DNA of 63,151 bases, counting the filler, from Sphacelaria rigidula (taxonomy: Eukaryota): assembly GCA_964200075.2 (NCBI GenBank). It is 11 parts of 11 records of this genome, joined end to end, with 100 filler letters (N's around TTAATTAATTAA, not from the genome) between each part and the next. Parts side by side here need not be neighbours in the genome. Positions count along the whole stretch, not along the records: positions 1 to 5,651 come from CAXNAA020025558.1; positions 5,752 to 11,402 come from CAXNAA020025559.1; positions 11,503 to 17,153 come from CAXNAA020025560.1; 8 more parts are not named here. One strand, 5' to 3'. The first letter of the stretch is position 1, and each line of letters begins with the position of its first letter. Shown piece after piece: positions 1 through 12,102 of this stretch. The notes under the pieces are model-generated. The model did no database searches. It saw nothing but the letters and a program-made list of their open reading frames with translations, and had not been told where the DNA came from. Both the position numbers and the translations under genes were made by a program.

Positions 1-106
1 TCATCACCTTTCTGCTCAGATGGGGAGACTCTCGCATCTCCCCCGATTTGGGCCCGCAAATCGGGGGAGATTCGAGAGTCTCCCCATCTGAGCAGAAAGG
101 TGATGA
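1..106. repeat. Near-perfect palindrome/hairpin at contig start (50-bp arms, 6-nt loop)
   Basis: 1-50 is the reverse complement of 57-106 with one mismatch; loop GGCCCG. Confidence 0.9.
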
Positions 107-303
107 ACCGAAAGTCAGCGCCCAGAGAGTTGGAGAATCGATCTGCTTTCCTCAGAGCTAGGCTAAAAGCGTTGCCCAACGGACTGGGGTCCGAAAAATC
201 AATCCACGGGAGAAAATCGATTTTATACGGGCTGAAGTCTTCATATTTTTACAAATACGGATTGGTTGCCATACAAAGTGGTCTAAGTGAAATGCCGGTT
301 GAA

Positions 304-1184
304 CCCTTGGACGACGAGCGTCGCCTCAGAACAGTTGTACAGGCTGACAGTCCCGAGACATCCCAGGGTTTCCAGAGCTCGGAGGGAGAGGGGGTTGAGG
401 GGGGAGGGTCTCTCCGCGGAGCATCGGAGAAGCTCACGGAGTCAACCATGTGTGTTTGGAAATTTCTCGCGGAAGATTATGAGCCGTGCACGAGGCTCAA
501 GTGGCGCGGGATAACCATTCTCATCGATCACGGTCTTCAAAATGAGCACTTTTGTTCCGGTAGAGATAAACAGCTGGTGGACACATTCGCCGTCTACCCT
601 AGAATGTCATTTTGATAATGCCAAATCAACGATAGATTATAAAACCAAAAAGCAGGTGTTCAAGCATCTTCGGTGCGCTGTGTCTGTCTGTTCAGTAATG
701 CCTGAGCGTCCTACTAGCTCCACACCTCCATCTGGTATAAAACGTCATGGCGCAGCCACGAGTATCCTACAAACGTGGATATAGACAAGTACTTCAACGG
801 TGAGGCGACCGTCATCGCTGAGCAATCGCTCTACGGTAGTCAGGGGCGTTCGCGGCGGTAGTCATGGTGCGATATCCAAACGCACGCTGCGTACACTCGG
901 CACATTCAACACTGCTGTAAGATCCAGCAAGCTGCAGACCGCACGTGCAGCCGCGGCACGATACACCACGGACTGCACAGCCAAAATATGAGGCGTACTA
1001 ATCAGGTGATCCTTGGGTGATCGACAAACACACCACCGCCTTTGTTATGACTCTCATAACTATGTGCCTATTACGCACTCCCGATCCCTTCCGCCGTGAA
1101 GTGGGGTTGACAAAGGAATGATTCTGAGCCCAAAAAGTGGAGTGTCTACCTCAGTCTACCAGTGGTGGGGTCGCCGTCTAAGGG
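304..1184. mobile_element. Putative non-autonomous piggyBac-like element (~880 bp)
   Basis: TGAA|CCCTTGGACGACGA ... TCGCCGTCTAAGGG|TTAA. The 14-bp TIR has 2 mismatches and the ends resemble the MITE at 2716-2813. No coding capacity recognised. Confidence 0.5.
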
Positions 1185-1807
1185 TTAAACCATGGCCCTC
1201 ACTACTGCTGTATACGTACTTCATGTTCCATTTGCCCGGGTTGCTACAGCCAACATAATACGGACTTGTGAACATGCGCTTTGTACCAGGGCTAGGTTCG
1301 CAGGTAGGTGAGGATTACTGAAAACTGTTTTTTGTATACTTCATTCGGATGCGCCGACAGTGCATATCTTTGGTAGAAATATGCAGCCCTACCGTGGAAC
1401 CACTTGGAATAAAATATACTTCGTACGTACTCTATGTTCTACATGCTCGGGTTGCCACAGCCAACGTCTGGACTTGTGAACGACTAATGCCGAGATAGCC
1501 CCCCACAAAAAGTGCATGGGAGACCGTCCGACAAACCGGCTGCGATCCCACTATTGGGCTCATTTGCAGCAATGCCGCCCACATGAAAGGCTTGTAGCAG
1601 TCCGAGATCAGCTATAACGCCCAAATAAGTCGCGCCGTGGAACACGAAACCAGCTCTAACGGCATTTATGATCATCGCCTCCGTGCACATTTTTGGCCGG
1701 TTTGGGGGGGGGGGGGGGGGGCGCATCANNNNNNNNNNCCCCTGTGCGCGGCCCCCGCACCCCACGCAGCTTGTGCTTGTGTGGTTTGGGGGGGGGGTTG
1801 GGTGTGT

Positions 1808-1842
<35 letters not shown>

Positions 1843-1944
1843 CTATCTCGGCAGCAGTGGAACATGCGTCGTACCCGGGCCATACAGGTTGACAGGTCAT
1901 ACTTGATCTTAATCTTGCATACTTGATCTTACGGGTGCGGGAAA

Positions 1945-2127
1945 GTGTGTGTGTGTGAAGCGGGTCGTCCAGCTCGTCGCTCGGCAAATATGTACGGATG
2001 AAGCAGGTCCCACGGATAAGCATCGGACAAACGTGTACGGGTATGACGGGTCACCTCGGACGGATCATGATCCATGCCCCAAATGAGCTGACCCAGATCT
2101 GTCACGAGCTGATCCGTCCGACGTGTG
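1945..2127 (+). repeat. Dispersed repeat with an inverted copy at ~35121-35298
   Basis: Blocks such as GTCACGAGCTGATCCGTCCGACGTGTG and CGCTCGGCAAATATGTACG recur as reverse complements on another contig. Confidence 0.7.
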
Positions 2128-2141
2128 AATGACTTGATGTA

Positions 2142-2385
2142 CTAGTCGAGACGGTGCCAGCACACCTGTGCGCTTTTCCGATGACCGCTTTTTTTTTCGT
2201 TTATGTTTGCCCATCTTGCATTTTTCTCGGAGACCGTTCAAGTCCACAAAACTTCGTTGAATTTTTGTTGACTTGACCGATCTCGGAGAAAAACGAGCGA
2301 TCTCCGTGAAAAATGCAAGTTTGGGCAAGAAAAGGACTGCGGCCATCGGAAAAACGGACAGGTGCGCTGGAACCGTCTCAACGAG
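2142..2385. mobile_element. Foldback MITE with TA target duplication (Tc1/mariner-like)
   Basis: TA|CTAGTCGAGACGGTGCCAGCACACCTGT ... ACAGGTGCGCTGGAACCGTCTCAACGAG|TA. Almost the whole 244 bp is an imperfect palindrome. Confidence 0.75.
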
Positions 2386-2715
2386 TACAGCAAGACACTA
2401 CAAGGTGTCGAAATCCGCATGGCTCTTTTTTGGGGCGTCTAACGACGTTAAAGCTCCGAAAGTGCTCCTTGCCAGATTTCTGTTCTTGTCTACTGCAAGA
2501 AGCGGCCCAAACACATGCATGCCAGCTTCCTATACTACACAAAAATGAACACTCTGCTGTGACTTCAGCTTCCTCCTCACGAGACTGCGACTTGAACCCC
2601 GATGCCTTCCAGCACTCGCGAACCCGTACCTCCCCATCCTATTGCGACGGCGAGGTAGGAGTCCAACTCACTTATTCCCATCCATTCGACCGCTATAGGG
2701 TGGGGAATCCCTTAA

Positions 2716-2813
2716 CCCTTGGACCGCGAGGTTAGTCTTCTGTTGAATCGGCATCAAGTTCAACTGAAAGAAAGTATGCATGATCCAGAAAGACTCATCT
2801 CGCGGTCTAAGGG
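2716..2813. mobile_element. piggyBac-type MITE (98 bp)
   Basis: TTAA|CCCTTGGACCGCGAG ... CTCGCGGTCTAAGGG|TTAA. TTAA TSD and CCC/GGG termini are piggyBac hallmarks. Second copy at 5160-5257. Confidence 0.8.
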
Positions 2814-3965
2814 TTAAACCTGCACCATTCTTGCTCAAAAAATGAATTCATGACCCAAATGAACCACAACGGCAGACTAACGGTTTGGCTTCCAGTTTGC
2901 AGCCCTCGATTCTCGCCTCATCTTTTGACTGTTCGACACTTTGTGAGAGAGCGGGTGCGCAGCGGGGAAATAGGAAACAACGACGGAGTGTACTGTAGAT
3001 TGTAGTTGTTGAGTTTGAACAATTTCAGTCTTGGGCCGCCGACACTCAGTCTCAATATCCTGTAACATCTCCCGCCCCCACTAGCATCAGACATCACATC
3101 ACTATCGTCGGCTCGTCGAACAAGAGGGTTAGATCTGCCTATGGTGCAAAGCATAGATCAACGAAGTTGTGTGCGTGCGCCATTTGGGTTGCATTCCACA
3201 AGAATAGGTGTGACTGAGTCTCGGCCAGGGTGCACTTTTTCTGAACGCGGAAACAAATGTGAATCCAAATTATTGATTCTTCTACAACAGTGTCTGCCGG
3301 GGAACTCCGCATTGGAGTCGGATACTTCGAAGTATGTGTTTCATGTTCGCTTCACTACTCGTACTACACTGAAGTACGCGTACCGGCACACTACCAGTGC
3401 CCAGCCCTTCGATTTTAAAGTACCTGCCCTGCTTGCTTGCCCAGTCGCCCCTTGTATAAGGGGGGGATTTCTTAGGGTACTACAGCATGTCACACGATCC
3501 ACCCGTCCATGAGGAACCATGGGTACCCGCGTGTTTTGCTTTCATGACACCCCACTTTTCATGTGCCGTCATGATCAGACTACGGGCGCTCGTAGTTGAC
3601 CATGTACTCCTGGGTGACTAACGCGAATGGATTTTGATAAGGCCTGCTATCCGTCGTCCTATGGGGGCATTCTTCTGCCGGGACGAGCGGCAGCCCTTCA
3701 GTGGATCTTCGTGCGCAACGGTTCACACGCTGCTATTATTGCATCTAACACGAGTGCTGCAGTAGAACATGTTTTGCCAGACTGTTATTCTACTGTTGTA
3801 ATGCGTACTGGTGTATGCCGATGCAACAGCTTCACGGGGAGGCGCACATAACGACCATATATATAGTGGAAGACAATCGACAGCTGTACACGTGCAGCGC
3901 CCCCTTGAACGCATCTATAACAACACTACCCGTAACATGACCTTAAATATGGCAAAGTACCGTAC

Positions 3966-4109
3966 CTTGGCCGAAGGCTTGGTGACGATAATCTCAAGCG
4001 GGTCTTCGGCGGCGCTCAGGAAGCTGCTCTTCTTCGTCATTTTCAACGTCGACTCATCTGCGTACGCCATAGCCAAAGCGGCCAGAAACACCAGAGATAC
4101 ACTCTTCAT
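3966..4109 (-). CDS. Probable first exon of a secreted protein of unknown function
   Basis: CAAG-ATG start; signal peptide MKSVSLVFLAALAMAYA/DES; ends at AAG|GTACGG donor. Downstream exons not identified. Confidence 0.55.
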
Positions 4110-5159
4110 CTTGACTGCAATTGGAAGCTGTATCTAATTTACGAACTTGAGAGTACGAACTTTAGTATTCCCGACGGTGCGCTTCTAGAGTGTACCGCTG
4201 CTGCTACTGGGATGTGCAGTAGGGTACTGTTGTACTGTGATGTTCTGCTGCCTCAGCCAGAAGATTCCATGTTTGGAACATGGTCGCGAAGATTCGCTGG
4301 GTGGACATTCATGTTCTGTGAATGTGCCGCAATTTCCCCGGTTGGTCCTCGGCAGTAGTATCACGTTACCGTCCTGGGGTTAGGCCAACATCATATTATT
4401 TGAACAACAGAAGAAACGATCCGAAAATCAAGATGCAGCGCAAGTGCAGCGACTTGACAATTGAGCACATCACCAGGGGAGGGGAGGGGTGCTTGCGTTC
4501 TTACGCTCCGGTCGTACGAATGTTTTTGATAGAGCGCTCTCGTAAATTCATGATTTTAAACTACAGTAGCCCTAACCCTGATTCTAACCCCGGACAATGG
4601 CATACGAGAACCATCGGGCAAGGGGGGCGCCAAGGTTGTTCTAGGCAAAGTGCGCGCTGGCCCCGATTTGGGCGAAAACACGTTATAGGCAGCAAGGGGG
4701 AACACAAGTCTTGAAGTCTTCGGACTGTCAGCCACCGTAAAGATCCGAATATTGGTGTTGCCTTTCTAGAACAAATGAATTAACCGTTCGTTCTTACGAC
4801 CAATAATTCGCGAGGTCGTCTCCATCAAGACCAAAAATTAAGCAGGAAAGGGAGCAAGCGCCCAAAAGCAGCATGTTGGGCGGGTAATAATCGACATGGT
4901 GCTTGTGGGCACTTGTTCCGTTTCCCACTGTTTTTCTTCATCTCTGCGCTATAAACGGCCTGAGCTTAGCTGAAGGAGAGTTCTGTGTTCCATCGCAGAA
5001 ATTTGGCGTTTATGATGTAGCGCGCAGCGCGGATTTTGGGCAGGGCAATGTACGGCTTTGCCACGCATCATCATGAATGAGTGGGATAGAACGCAGATAT
5101 TTCGGCAGAGGATCGTCGGAGATTTTTAGGTATACTGTTACAAGTATACCCATACTTGA

Positions 5160-5257
5160 CCCTCAGACAGCGAGAGAAGGCCATTTGTTGAATCGGCATC
5201 CATTTCACTTGAAAAAAGTATGTATGATCCAGAAAGACTACCCTCGCGGTCTAAGAG
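5160..5257. mobile_element. piggyBac-type MITE, diverged copy
   Basis: Colinear with 2716-2813 (TGTTGAATCGGCATC, ATGATCCAGAAAGACT, CTCGCGGTCTAAG); flanks TTGA/TTAA. Confidence 0.75.
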
Positions 5258-5327
5258 TTAAATGAACAAACATATATATGAAACATGTCGGTCAATTTTA
5301 TTATATTAGTCAATTCATGCCGTGCCG

Positions 5328-5586
5328 GTCGCCCCGGTAGCTCAGTTCGTAACCTCGAAACCTTCTGACCGTTGAGTAGGGGGGTTCAACTCCTGGAACG
5401 ATCTAGGATTTTTTCTCACATGCCCAACAGTGGAGAGCGACCATGTCGTGGGTACTCAAAATTCGACTTAACGGTAGTCAAGGAAAAGGGACTGCTGAAC
5501 CCCTCTCGCGATAAAAAAATACAGTCAGGCACGGCAGAAGGAAGGTGGGGTACTAAAAACAAACAAAAACAGAAAAAACTCCTGTA
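5328..5586 (+). mobile_element. tRNA-derived SINE, family 1
   Basis: Head GCCCCGGTAGCTCAGTTCG (A box) ... GGTTCAACTCC (B box); body shared with the copies at 12797 and 13689. Confidence 0.8.
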
Positions 5587-5651
5587 ACAGCCGATCATCT
5601 ATGTTGAGGATGGTGCTTTTCATTGAGGATGAGAACCCGGAGGATTAAAAT

Positions 5652-5751
5652 NNNNNNNNNNNNNNNNNNNNNNNNNNNNNNNNNNNNNNNNNNNNTTAAT
5701 TAATTAANNNNNNNNNNNNNNNNNNNNNNNNNNNNNNNNNNNNNNNNNNNN
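5652..5751. other. Artificial contig linker N44-TTAATTAATTAA-N44 (also 11403-11502, 17154-17253, 22904-23003, 28654-28753, 34404-34503, 40154-40253, 45904-46003, 51654-51753, 57403-57502)
   Basis: Identical 100-bp six-frame-stop spacer between contigs of monotonically decreasing length. Confidence 0.97.
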
Positions 5752-5761
5752 AACTTCCCTA

Positions 5762-5806
5762 TGGTTCGGGTTAGGATTACGGTTAGTGTTGGGGTTAGGG
5801 TTAGGG
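5762..5806 (+). repeat. Degenerate telomere-like (TTAGGG)n tract
   Basis: GGTTCGGGTTAGGATTACGGTTAGTGTTGGGGTTAGGGTTAGGGG; similar short tracts at 4570-4590 (-) and 19141-19159. Confidence 0.65.
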
Positions 5807-8174
5807 GCGTGGTACCTCCAGGGACTGACCCGATTGGTTTCGAAAAACGTCGATGCTGAGGTGTTTTGAACTACGGCGCGGCCCTCTAAGCACGCGGTCC
5901 TCTCGCGCATTACACTTGCGATGTTTCAGTGGTGAATAGTTTAGACACCGGAGTGATTTGACGGTGCAAATGTGTTGTTTACACGGGCAGTTTGTTTTAT
6001 AGGGAAGTTGGCAAGATGAACGCATGCTTCAGAAGACTAGGTGGTGTGCAACAGCAGGCAGAGTTTGTGGCGTCGTCCTGCGGCAAGATCCACACATGTC
6101 ATGGCAAGGGACGGAGGCGGGGCTCTTATGAAGATTCCTAAAGTTGATAGAAAAGAAAGCGCCATAGGTTTGTAATATTCGGTGTCTCCCATGCTGTGAC
6201 AATTCTTTTTGTCACATAGAACAAGCCCCAACGAGCTTCAAAGTGATTTTCTTACTGTCGTCGAAGCTAAGCTTATCCGTACCCCACCTTTCCTTGTAGC
6301 CATCGCTCGATCTCTCTACAATACCCATCCTTGCTCGTGCTTGTCTCGCGCTCTGTTCAGGATGTTCTGCAGCTGTTTCGCTGTGTCGGAAATGTGGGAA
6401 ACGTGTCGTGCTCGCGAAACCGATGGCAGGACAGCTGTACGACGTGCCCGATGGAGGCACCGACATCGATGGCGCACATACACGTATGGTAACGAAGGAG
6501 CACCGATGGCTCATGAAAATTTCTGAGTATAATTCTTAGACTGGTGCAAAGTACACCTGTCGAGTGACTTTTCCTGGCGCTCCGACCGGATGACGTTGCC
6601 ATGCTTTTCGTAGCCATGCCAGGAGGAGTGGATGACTACACGCGGCGTGTGATGGTGGACATGCATCAGAGTAGCTGTTCGGTACAATTCATGTCTTTAA
6701 TTTTATGTGTTGCCACTGAAGGGGTACCGACCACATCGGTGACTGCAACACAAAATCGCGATATATGCGGATATGTTCTTAGCACATTGTTGTCCCGGCG
6801 GAGACACCCGAGAACTGGGGGGGGGGGGGGGGGGTAGATGATTTTTACGACGTTGATATCGTTGTCAACTGCAGGGTAAATACCGCGGGCCGGCACTGGT
6901 ATACACTTAGCGAACAAGCAGAGGTAAAGTCAGTCATGATGTGTAGGTGTCATGAGACTAGGAAGCGTTCATGACGGAATTCGGTACCGCATAGTCGCGG
7001 GTCTGATCAGGCTTGACTAGGTCAAATTTAATTGCGATAAAAGGGAACAGACTAGGGTTAGCAGCACCTCCCGCCGTATACTCGCTAAGTGGAGCCAACC
7101 GCAAAGTATTGCTACAGCCGGGGAGCAATGTGAAAGAGCACCGAACAGAGCAATAACGACTACGAGTGAACAAGAGTCTTTTCCATCAAATGAAGATAGA
7201 ATATAGCTTACTGCGTGAGGCTATTGAGCTCTAGTCGCTCAGTCTCCCCGGCACTAAGCAGAAGTACTGATGACGGTTGCTCATGTCGACCCCAGTCTTC
7301 ACCTTTTCGCACACAGCGTAACAGTTGCGTTGACTCACAACTTAGCTCTACGCTCGGCTCTGGACTTGGGTCCTTCAGAACTAAGTGTAAATCTGAGGTG
7401 TGGGAACACCAACCGCCGCCCGTCCCTGAGGCAAAGGCTTCCCTCAGCGACCGCACGCACAGGCAGTAGTGTACTTCACTCGCCTGGTTTCCAAGTGTCG
7501 CTGGTCTGAATTTGACCACTTCGGGCCAAGTAACACCCACCAAGCTTGAACGAGTTCGTTCTTCGCGTTCAATGCACCACACGAAGCTACCCCTGAATGG
7601 TTCTCACAAAAACCATCCTACTTTACATTCGACCATGACTCCTCAGCCGAGCTTGCCAGCGGGAAGTCCACAAGCTTCGCCCGAGCATGCCCCGGTGCTG
7701 ATCCCATCCACCCAATTGAACGCAGTTTGGGTTTTTCCCCAAACACTTTGCAATTGTTTCCGCCTTTTTGTCACTGCGAGAGAGGAAGCCCCGTGAACAC
7801 GTCCCCACTGAAGCGCGCGCATCGACATGTACACCTCCCTCGAGCGGAAATATTCGACCTCACTTTCTCCAGAACACGACCACTTTGAGCTCGATGAATG
7901 TACTAGGCATCACAGAAGAATCCAAATCAGATATTTCCGATGTTTCTGCCTCTTCTACGGACGGCACTGAAGAGCATGGGTGCACTTTAGATATTGATCC
8001 CTGTCTTCCCAACACGGTCATCTATGGAATTGCAAACGACCAGCCGAGCTGTGCTTACCTTGGGGATCACATATCATCCACCATATACCTTCCTTCTGGT
8101 GAAAACGTTGACCCCCAGCGGATCACCCGCCGTCTTTTTTCGCCGTCAGCACTGCTCATCCCGCTCAATTTACC

Positions 8175-11100
8175 TTGACTGAAGATGGTCCGGATCTTGT
8201 CGGGGGCAAAGTGCCTGTTGATCCTGCCACTTTTACTACTCGCGTAGCGCTCCATTGTGGGCCATACGCCACCAAGCCTGCCAAATGTTTCTCTTTGTTA
8301 GATGCCGGCAGCCCACAAACATGTTTCCGTGAATCAATGCTGGAACACATGAAACGGATTGGCGCTGCTTCAGCAGCTTGCGAAATCACCACCCAGATTC
8401 GAGTATGGGGCGGATTTGGCGACTCCACCGCACCTTTGACCACACGAAAATCAGATCGTCTCAGTGTGCGATGTTTTCACAACACAACTCGTTCTGCAAG
8501 CCTTGAAGTCTGGGCATATGTCGTCTTCCGACAGGACCATGACTCACGCCCTGCTAATGGGCCAAGAAAGCTACATGTGGTTTGATCAACGCACTTACCG
8601 CACGCTACCGCCACTATCGCCACTGTCTATGCTTCGTGGAGACCTCAACCTTGGAACATTTCGGTATTCTTCACGGCGCCTTGGCTTACCAAGAAAAAAA
8701 CAACCTACCGAAGTTGCTTACCACCCACGGTACGGTGGTACTGCTGGTCTCTGATGATCCTGAACTGCTAGAAGTTGCCTTTGTTCGCAGAAGTGGTATG
8801 CCTGCCCTTACGGGGCATACCCTCGCCGTAATTCTACCTCGCGTGAGTGCGCCTGCCGGCACAGAACACTTTGTCTCAGCATGAAAACAACTTTTACCCC
8901 TCACGGGCCATGCTAACTTGGAACCCGGTGATCTTTTGGGTATCGCTGCTGCTTTCCTCATGCACATTCCACTTGAGACATGTGCCACTGAAGCCTCGAT
9001 GCCCAACTCGGCGCCCCGGACAGATGGTTCTGTCAATTGCGTCGATGAGCCTTGCTTCGACGTAATCTCTTCGCCTCCATCACATATCCACACCGTGGAT
9101 CCTGTACCGTCAACTTCCGCCCCTCCCGCCGGACTGCTCCAACGCCCATCACCAAAATCTTGGAGAAGTTTCTTGCACACGTGGAATCAACTTCCATCCC
9201 ATTTATGTGATGGCAACTTTGACGCACATGGGCCCGGTTGGGAAGCAGCTGTGATCAAGAATTGAGCGATGTTTTACTGGAGTACAAGACCGGTTTTCTT
9301 AATCCAAAACGGAACTGGGGCATTGCAAAACGCTGCCCTCTAAAATCACACTTCAGCGTGGCGTTTCGCCAATCTTTTCTCGACCATATCGGACGAACCC
9401 CATCCTTACCAAAAGAGTAAACGCCATTTTAGATGAGTACTTAGGGTTCGAGTTAATCCATAACTCATCTTCTCCATGGGTCTCACCCCTAGTGGTAGTT
9501 CCCCCCAAAAGGATGGAAACACACGATCACCGTGAATTATCAACGGCTAAACCGCGTTACTGTGATGGGGAAACTTCCAATTCCTCGCATAGATGAAGTC
9601 TTCGACTCTCTAGGCGAAGGCAAAATATATTCAGTTCCTTCGAACTCGCTCCTTGATGTTTCCAGAATGCCATGCACCCTGACACAGTCCCACTGACAGC
9701 GTTCTGTACATCTTCCGGGCTCTACGAATAGCTCCGTATGCTACAAGGCGCTGCCACTGTTTCCAATGCTCGATGCAAGGCGTTACAGAGAATGTCGAAC
9801 ACGCCATCATGTACTTGGACGACGCTATCGCCTTCGATGCCTCCTCTCTTGCGCATGTGCGCACCTTACGAGAGTTTCTTTCTCGACTACGGACGCACGA
9901 TTTGAAACTGTCGCCATCCGAAGCTCGACTTGGCGCGACTGAACTGGATTTCCTGCGACACTCAATTTCACCGGCGGGTCTACACCCGGAAACCAACAAA
10001 GTCAGAGCAATGACTGAATTGCTGATGCCCACGAATATTACTCAGCTCCGCTCATTATTGGGTGGACTGTCCTACTATCGCAATTTTGTGCCTAACCTGT
10101 CCAAACGGATTCGCCCCATGACGGACTTGCTTGAAAAAGGCGCCGCATTTGTCTTCACCAAAGACATGGAAGTTATCGTTCGGGATTGGTTGTAAACGCT
10201 CACCGAAAAACCGGTCCTTTGTTTCCCAGACTGGGATGCAGTACAAGACCGCTCTCGCCTCGTTTAACTACACAGACGCCAGCACCGACTGGGTTCGGCG
10301 CGGTCCTGAATCAGCCTCAACTCGATGGCTCTGTTCGACCCATCCTCTATATCAGTCGCGCCACCCGACCAAACGAGGCCAACTGGAGCCCACTGGAGCT
10401 GGAAGGCGGAGTCATCACTTGGGCCTCAAAGCGCCACCGACAATATTTGTTCCACGTGCCTCTCCAAATCTACACGGATCACGGAGCACTTGAACAAGTC
10501 GCCAAGGTTGGCGAACATAGTCTGATTATGGTGCAACGCTGGTCGGAGTTCCTGACAGCTTATCAGTATACTGTCGAACACCACCCAGGCAAAATCAATG
10601 GGAATGCTGACCTTCTCTCCCGCCTGCCCCTTCCTCGAACGGCTGTAAACTTCAGCCCAGCTTGCCGACTGACTGAACCCGATGAAAGAGGCGTGTAACC
10701 TATCCGGCGTTTCTCGACGTCCATTTACGCGCTTGACCTTCATTGTCCAGAGACGGGTATGCACATGGGCGGCCCTCGCCCCCTACCGTAATATGCAGTC
10801 TCCGACGGGCTAAAGCACGCCAACGCCAATTTCGTCGATTTCCGCATTATCGGCCCCCGCGCAAATATTTCAGTACCGCCACCTCCAGTTGTCCATCTCA
10901 TTTCCGTCAATACGCGCTCTCTGTTTGCCGCCCGCGCCAACCCTGCCCGCGTCCCGTCGCAATCGACAACACCTATTGCTTCCACGAACAGCGTAGCACC
11001 GGCTCCCCGCAACAGCGCACCACGAGCCTTGACAACATCCGCCACGCGCGATTCTCACAACAAGCGCCTAGCACGCTCTCCGGCAGGCACTACTTCGACA

Positions 11101-11402
11101 ACGCCGCCCTCCGCGGCACCGTCAGTGCCCACCCCTTCTGATGATCCCGATGCACGCTATCGACGTTGGCACCTCCGCCCCGTCGCCTGTTCCAACGCTT
11201 CCTGAGCAAGCATGTCTGGTCGGCTCTCCGGCGGAAAGCCAACTGCGCGGGTTCCTCGTCAGGTACTCCCACCGTCATTGGGCTTATGAACAATAAGCAG
11301 AACCATTATGCCGCGCAACCATGCGGTACGTCCATGCTGGTTGCCCCGCCCTTATCCCGGTCAATGGTCTGGCCCCGGTTGGTACACTGCCACCACCAAA
11401 CG
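8175..11402 (+). mobile_element. Decayed Ty3/gypsy LTR retrotransposon pol (protease-RT-RNase H), truncated by contig end
   Basis: Protease LLDAGSPQT; RT SPWVSPLVVVP..NYQRLN..LPIPRIDE..YLDD; QLRSLLGGLSYYRNFVP; RNase H TDAS..GFGAVLNQ..ELE..YTDH..ADLLSRLP. Multiple frameshifts and stops. Confidence 0.92.
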
Positions 11403-11502
11403 NNNNNNNNNNNNNNNNNNNNNNNNNNNNNNNNNNNNNNNNNNNNTTAATTAATTAANNNNNNNNNNNNNNNNNNNNNNNNNNNNNNNNNNNNNNNNNN
11501 NN

Positions 11503-11902
11503 GGGGGGGGCGTACTCATTTGTTGCTTGCCTTAGTCATTTGACCATTGACCACGCATCCCTTTCGAGACGGAGCAAGGAGGGGGGGGGGGGTACTCATG
11601 ATCATGCATGCCGTATTTATAATACCATTGACCTCGCATCCCTATAAAGCCGGGAAAACGATTGCACAGTAGAGAAAACGATACTTATACTACGAGATAG
11701 ATGGTGGCCACAGACGGCGAAACAGGACGGGGATAAGATATTCAAAAAGTTTTTGTGCCATGTATGATGGAAGAAACGTAATAAGCGCCCGAATGTTGGA
11801 GGTGTCTCTCTATTAGGAGTAGTAACGGTGGTCCGTCTCGAAAGGGATGCATGGTCAACGGTCAAACGACTAATGCAAGCAACGAATGCCTACGCCCCCC
11901 CC
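11503..11902. mobile_element. MITE-like element with ~70-bp TIRs ending in poly(G)/poly(C)
   Basis: G8-CGTACTCATTTGTTGCTTGCCTTAGTCATTTGACCATTGACCACGCATCCCTTTCGAGACGG at 11503-11572 is inverted at 11832-11902. The same module occurs at 31490-31567, 40273-40337 and 15625-15675 (-). Confidence 0.65.
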
Positions 11903-11937
11903 ACGCCCCCTCCGCTATGGTGGGGGATCACCCTCAC

Positions 11938-12102
11938 CTGGTCGATCTTGTTCATGACGTAAAGCGCAGGCATGTACTTTCGGTTCCCCTCCACCACATC
12001 GATAAACTGGTCGATCGTCACGTCTTCTTTCAAGATCACGTCACAGCTGTGCAATCGATACTCCCGGAGCACCGACTGAGCGATATCGTGAGTCAGCTCT
12101 GA
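11938..12102 (-). CDS. DRG1: Developmentally regulated GTP-binding protein 1 (DRG1/Rbg1), internal exon
   Basis: SELTHDIAQSVLREYRLHSCDVILKEDVTIDQFIDVVEGNRKYMPALYVMNKIDQ contains the G4 NKID motif. cag acceptor, GTGAGG donor, phase 0/0. Confidence 0.93.

Noticed and set aside
1484..2023. Pro/Gly-rich ORFs (also 31194-31672)
   Set aside because: They are translations of G/C homopolymer runs next to N gaps.
5328..5405. Functional tRNA gene (also 12797, 13689, 49763, 57997, 58322)
   Set aside because: A/B boxes are present but the cloverleaf is broken, and most heads continue into a shared SINE body.
5696..5707. TTAATTAATTAA as a biological periodic motif or piggyBac site
   Set aside because: It is a synthetic six-frame stop linker embedded in Ns.
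5762..5806. True telomere
   Set aside because: Short, degenerate and internal; similar tracts occur inside transposons in this window.
6817..7200. PPT/LTR/PBS boundaries for the gypsy elements (also ~17990 and ~49195)
   Set aside because: G-run and TG/TGG candidates exist, but no paired LTRs or convincing tRNA-complementary PBS could be shown within the contigs.
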